DNA of 64,000 nt, taken from Gammaproteobacteria bacterium. GTDB lineage: Bacteria; Pseudomonadota; Gammaproteobacteria; JACQPQ01. Position 1 is the first letter of the stretch; every line of letters begins with the position of its first letter. The stretch is from positions 4,936 through 68,935 of the forward strand of contig JACQPQ010000021.1 of the NCBI GenBank assembly GCA_016207405.1, read 5' to 3'. Both the position numbers and the translations under genes were made by a program. The notes beneath the pieces were generated by a model. The model had not been told where the DNA came from. It was given only the letters and a program-made list of their open reading frames with translations, and ran no database searches. Below, in pieces: positions 60,552 to 64,000 of this stretch.

Positions 60552-61334
60552 ATGAACGTTCTTATTTTTGACATTGAAACCATACCGGATGTGGAGTCAG
60601 GGCGTAAACTTTACCCTTCCCTCTCTTCTTTACAAGATCGGGACGTTGCAGAAGCGCTCTTTCAAAAAAGGCGCCAAGAAAAAGGCTCAGATTTTTTGCC
60701 TCTACCGCTTCATAAAATTGTGGCGATATCGGTTGTTTTAAGCACATCAGAACAACTGAAAGTGGGTTCTCTCGGGAAGGAAGACTCAAAAGAAGCTGAA
60801 TTGGTCCAGCGCTTTTTTGATGGCATTGAACAGTTTTCTCCTACGCTCGTATCTTGGAATGGAAGTGGTTTTGACTTGCCTGTCCTTCACTATCGATCCT
60901 TACTGCATGGCATTGCTTCGCCTAAGTACTGGGAGACAGGGGAATCCGACGCTTCTTTCCGCTGGAATAATTATCTAAATCGCTTTCATTATCGTCATAC
61001 CGATTTAATGGATGTTTTATCCGCTTACCAACCTAAAGCGGCTACTTCTTTAAATGAGCTCTCTCTTGTTCTCGGGCTGCCAGGGAAAATGGGTATGGGT
61101 GGGGATAAAGTATGGGAAAGTTATCAGGCTGGCCAGCTTTCGGCTATTCGAAACTACTGCGAAACCGATGTCTTAAACACCTATTTGATATACTTGCGTT
61201 TTCAGCTCATGCGGGGCGTGTTAACCCAACAAAACTATAAGGCAGAATGTGAGCGAGTCGAAACGACGCTTTCCACTTCAGAAAAAGCACATCTCCAACA
61301 GTTTTTGAGTGTGTGGCAAACCGGGAAAGCTTAA
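60552..61334 (+). CDS. Predicted 3'-5' exonuclease related to the PolB exonuclease domain
   Basis: Motifs FDIETIPD, LVSWNG.GFDLPVL.YR, H.DLMD.L, PGK, I.NYCETDVLNTY. Confidence 0.92.
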   Translation: MNVLIFDIETIPDVESGRKLYPSLSSLQDRDVAEALFQKRRQEKGSDFLPLPLHKIVAISVVLSTSEQLKVGSLGKEDSKEAELVQRFFDGIEQFSPTLVSWNGSGFDLPVLHYRSLLHGIASPKYWETGESDASFRWNNYLNRFHYRHTDLMDVLSAYQPKAATSLNELSLVLGLPGKMGMGGDKVWESYQAGQLSAIRNYCETDVLNTYLIYLRFQLMRGVLTQQNYKAECERVETTLSTSEKAHLQQFLSVWQTGKA

Positions 61335-61347
61335 AAACTACGGGTTA

Positions 61348-61584
61348 TCACTCTTCATCAGAAGAAGGCTCGTCCTTTCCTCCAAAACTCGTTCCCCCCC
61401 CTCCTGTGGCTCCTTCGCCCTTTTCTTTTTGAATTTTCTGGTAAATTTCCTCGCGATGCACGGCGACATCCCGAGGCGCATTAATTCCAATCCTGACTTG
61501 GTTTCCTTTTATGCCTAATACCGTTATTGAAACATTATCCCCAATCATGAGTGTTTCACCCACTCGTCTCGTTAAAATTAACAT
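61348..61584 (-). CDS. csrA: Carbon storage regulator CsrA
   Basis: [16 protein letters not shown]...[21 protein letters not shown]; follows aspartate kinase. Confidence 0.99.
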   Translation of the reverse strand: MLILTRRVGETLMIGDNVSITVLGIKGNQVRIGINAPRDVAVHREEIYQKIQKEKGEGATGGGGTSFGGKDEPSSDEE

Positions 61585-61704
61585 GTGCTATCTCCGTATA
61601 AGTCCAAAGACAAAGAACATTTAAGCGCCCCTTATTCTTCGTTTTAGAAATAAAGTTCGCCCTCCTATTTGGTATATCGGCCAAAAAAGATAAAAATAAA
61701 GTTT

Positions 61705-62946
61705 TTACACCAATAGGGATTTAGGGCTTGCCTTCACATCGAGACCAAAAGCGGTGTGAAGAGCCCTGACTGCCAGTTCCAAATATTTCTCTTCAATCAC
61801 GACGGATACTTTGATCTCGGATGTGGAAATGAGTTGAATACTGATCCCTTCGTTGGCGAGCGCCTTAAACATGGTGGTAGCAATTCCTGCGTGAGACCGC
61901 ATTCCAACCCCCACAATTGAAACTTTAACAATCTTTTCATCTCCTAAAACCTCTTCTGCACCCAAGAGGTGAGCACTTTTTTCTAAAATATGCTTGGCTT
62001 GAGAAAAATCGTTTTTATTCACCGTAAATGTAAAATCAATGGTTCCATCCGCTGCTGTATTTTGAATAATCATGTCTACAACAATATTGGCATCGCTCAC
62101 GGGTCCTAAAATAGTGCTGCCTATGCCTGCTCGATCAGGAACCTTACGAATCGTTAATTTAGCTTCATCTGCATCAAAGGTTACGCCAGACACAATGGGT
62201 TGTTCCATATTTTTGTCCTCAAACGAAATCAGCGTACCCGTGTCCTCTGAAAAAGTGGATAAAACCCGCACGGGTACTTTATATTTGCCTGCAAACTGAA
62301 CGGCTCGATTGTTAATCACCTTTGAGCCAAGGCTTGATAGTTCTAATACCTCTTCAAAAGTAATTCGGTCTAATCGCCTTGCGCTTGGAACGATGCGAGG
62401 ATCGGCAGTATAGATGCCATTCACATCGGTATAAATTAAGCACTCATCGGCATGAAGCAAAGCGGCAAGCGCTACAGCAGTAGTGTCAGAACCTCCTCTT
62501 CCCAAGGTTGTAATGTTGTTTCCAGGGTCAACCCCTTGAAACCCTGCAACAATAACAACTTTCCCATTTGCTAAATCTTGGCGTATAAATTCCTCATCGA
62601 TATGGAGAATACGTGCCTTGTTATAAACATCACTCGTTAAGATCTTAACCTGGGAACCGGTATAAGAGCGTGCGGGGCACCCTCTTGCAATAAGCGATAT
62701 TGCAAGAAGCGCAATACTGACTTGTTCCCCCGTTGACACTAAAACGTCTAATTCCCGAGGATCGGGTTCTGGGGTCATATTCCGAGCAAGGTCCAAGAGG
62801 CGGTCGGTTTCCTTCCCCATAGCAGAGACAACCACCACAACCTCATGCCCTTCCGACCGAGTCTTCAGAATTTTCTCAGTAACGTATTGAATTTTTTCAA
62901 TACTGCCTACTGAAGTGCCACCATATTTTTGAACATACAAAGCCAT
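61705..62946 (-). CDS. lysC: Aspartate kinase
   Basis: Motifs VQKYGGTSV, VVVVSAM, TTLGRGGSDTTAV, ACT domains, ISTSEIK. Confidence 0.97.
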   Translation of the reverse strand: MALYVQKYGGTSVGSIEKIQYVTEKILKTRSEGHEVVVVVSAMGKETDRLLDLARNMTPEPDPRELDVLVSTGEQVSIALLAISLIARGCPARSYTGSQVKILTSDVYNKARILHIDEEFIRQDLANGKVVIVAGFQGVDPGNNITTLGRGGSDTTAVALAALLHADECLIYTDVNGIYTADPRIVPSARRLDRITFEEVLELSSLGSKVINNRAVQFAGKYKVPVRVLSTFSEDTGTLISFEDKNMEQPIVSGVTFDADEAKLTIRKVPDRAGIGSTILGPVSDANIVVDMIIQNTAADGTIDFTFTVNKNDFSQAKHILEKSAHLLGAEEVLGDEKIVKVSIVGVGMRSHAGIATTMFKALANEGISIQLISTSEIKVSVVIEEKYLELAVRALHTAFGLDVKASPKSLLV

Positions 62947-63027
62947 AAGAATCCCTTTCCTTCATAAAAGGCCGGCCGAATTTAGCATAAATTTTGCCCA
63001 TAAAAAAGGGGGCACTTTATAAAACCT

Positions 63028-64000
<973 letters not shown>

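Overview
This is a 64 kb chromosomal window from a gammaproteobacterium, probably an uncultured or poorly characterised lineage; the assignment rests on gene content and synteny. Most of it is housekeeping: guaA, tadA, pilT, recN, nadK, tsaB, pabB, proS, gltX, cysS, ubiA/ubiC, speA, ribBA-ribH, serC, tig-clpP-clpX, proC, rluC, recJ, coq7, rpsI-rplM, gmk, rph, anmK, erpA, mutS, csrA, lysC, obgE and three tRNAs. The main accessory locus (13.4-19.0 kb) is a porin-cytochrome extracellular electron transfer cluster. It holds an MtrA/MtoA-family cytochrome with 11 rather than 10 CxxCH motifs, an MtrB/PioB porin, a NapC/NirT/CymA tetraheme and a NirB-like dihaem c552 with a CxxxCH site; no MtrC or MtoD gene is present in the window, and a CcmI C-terminal-domain gene converges on the cluster. 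The window is also rich in non-coding repeats: GTAG-REPs (some supply stop codons), G-rich heptamer arrays that enter coding sequence in frame, a ~195-nt hairpin element in two copies with covarying stems and unrelated but perfectly paired outer arms, and a MITE-like element. Other oddities are a ProRS lacking its editing domain, a tRNA-Leu sharing its first base with the serC stop codon, four toxin-antitoxin-type islets (three with a damaged toxin), an IS110 remnant and several ORFans. All calls come from motif recognition by eye; no searches or folding were run.
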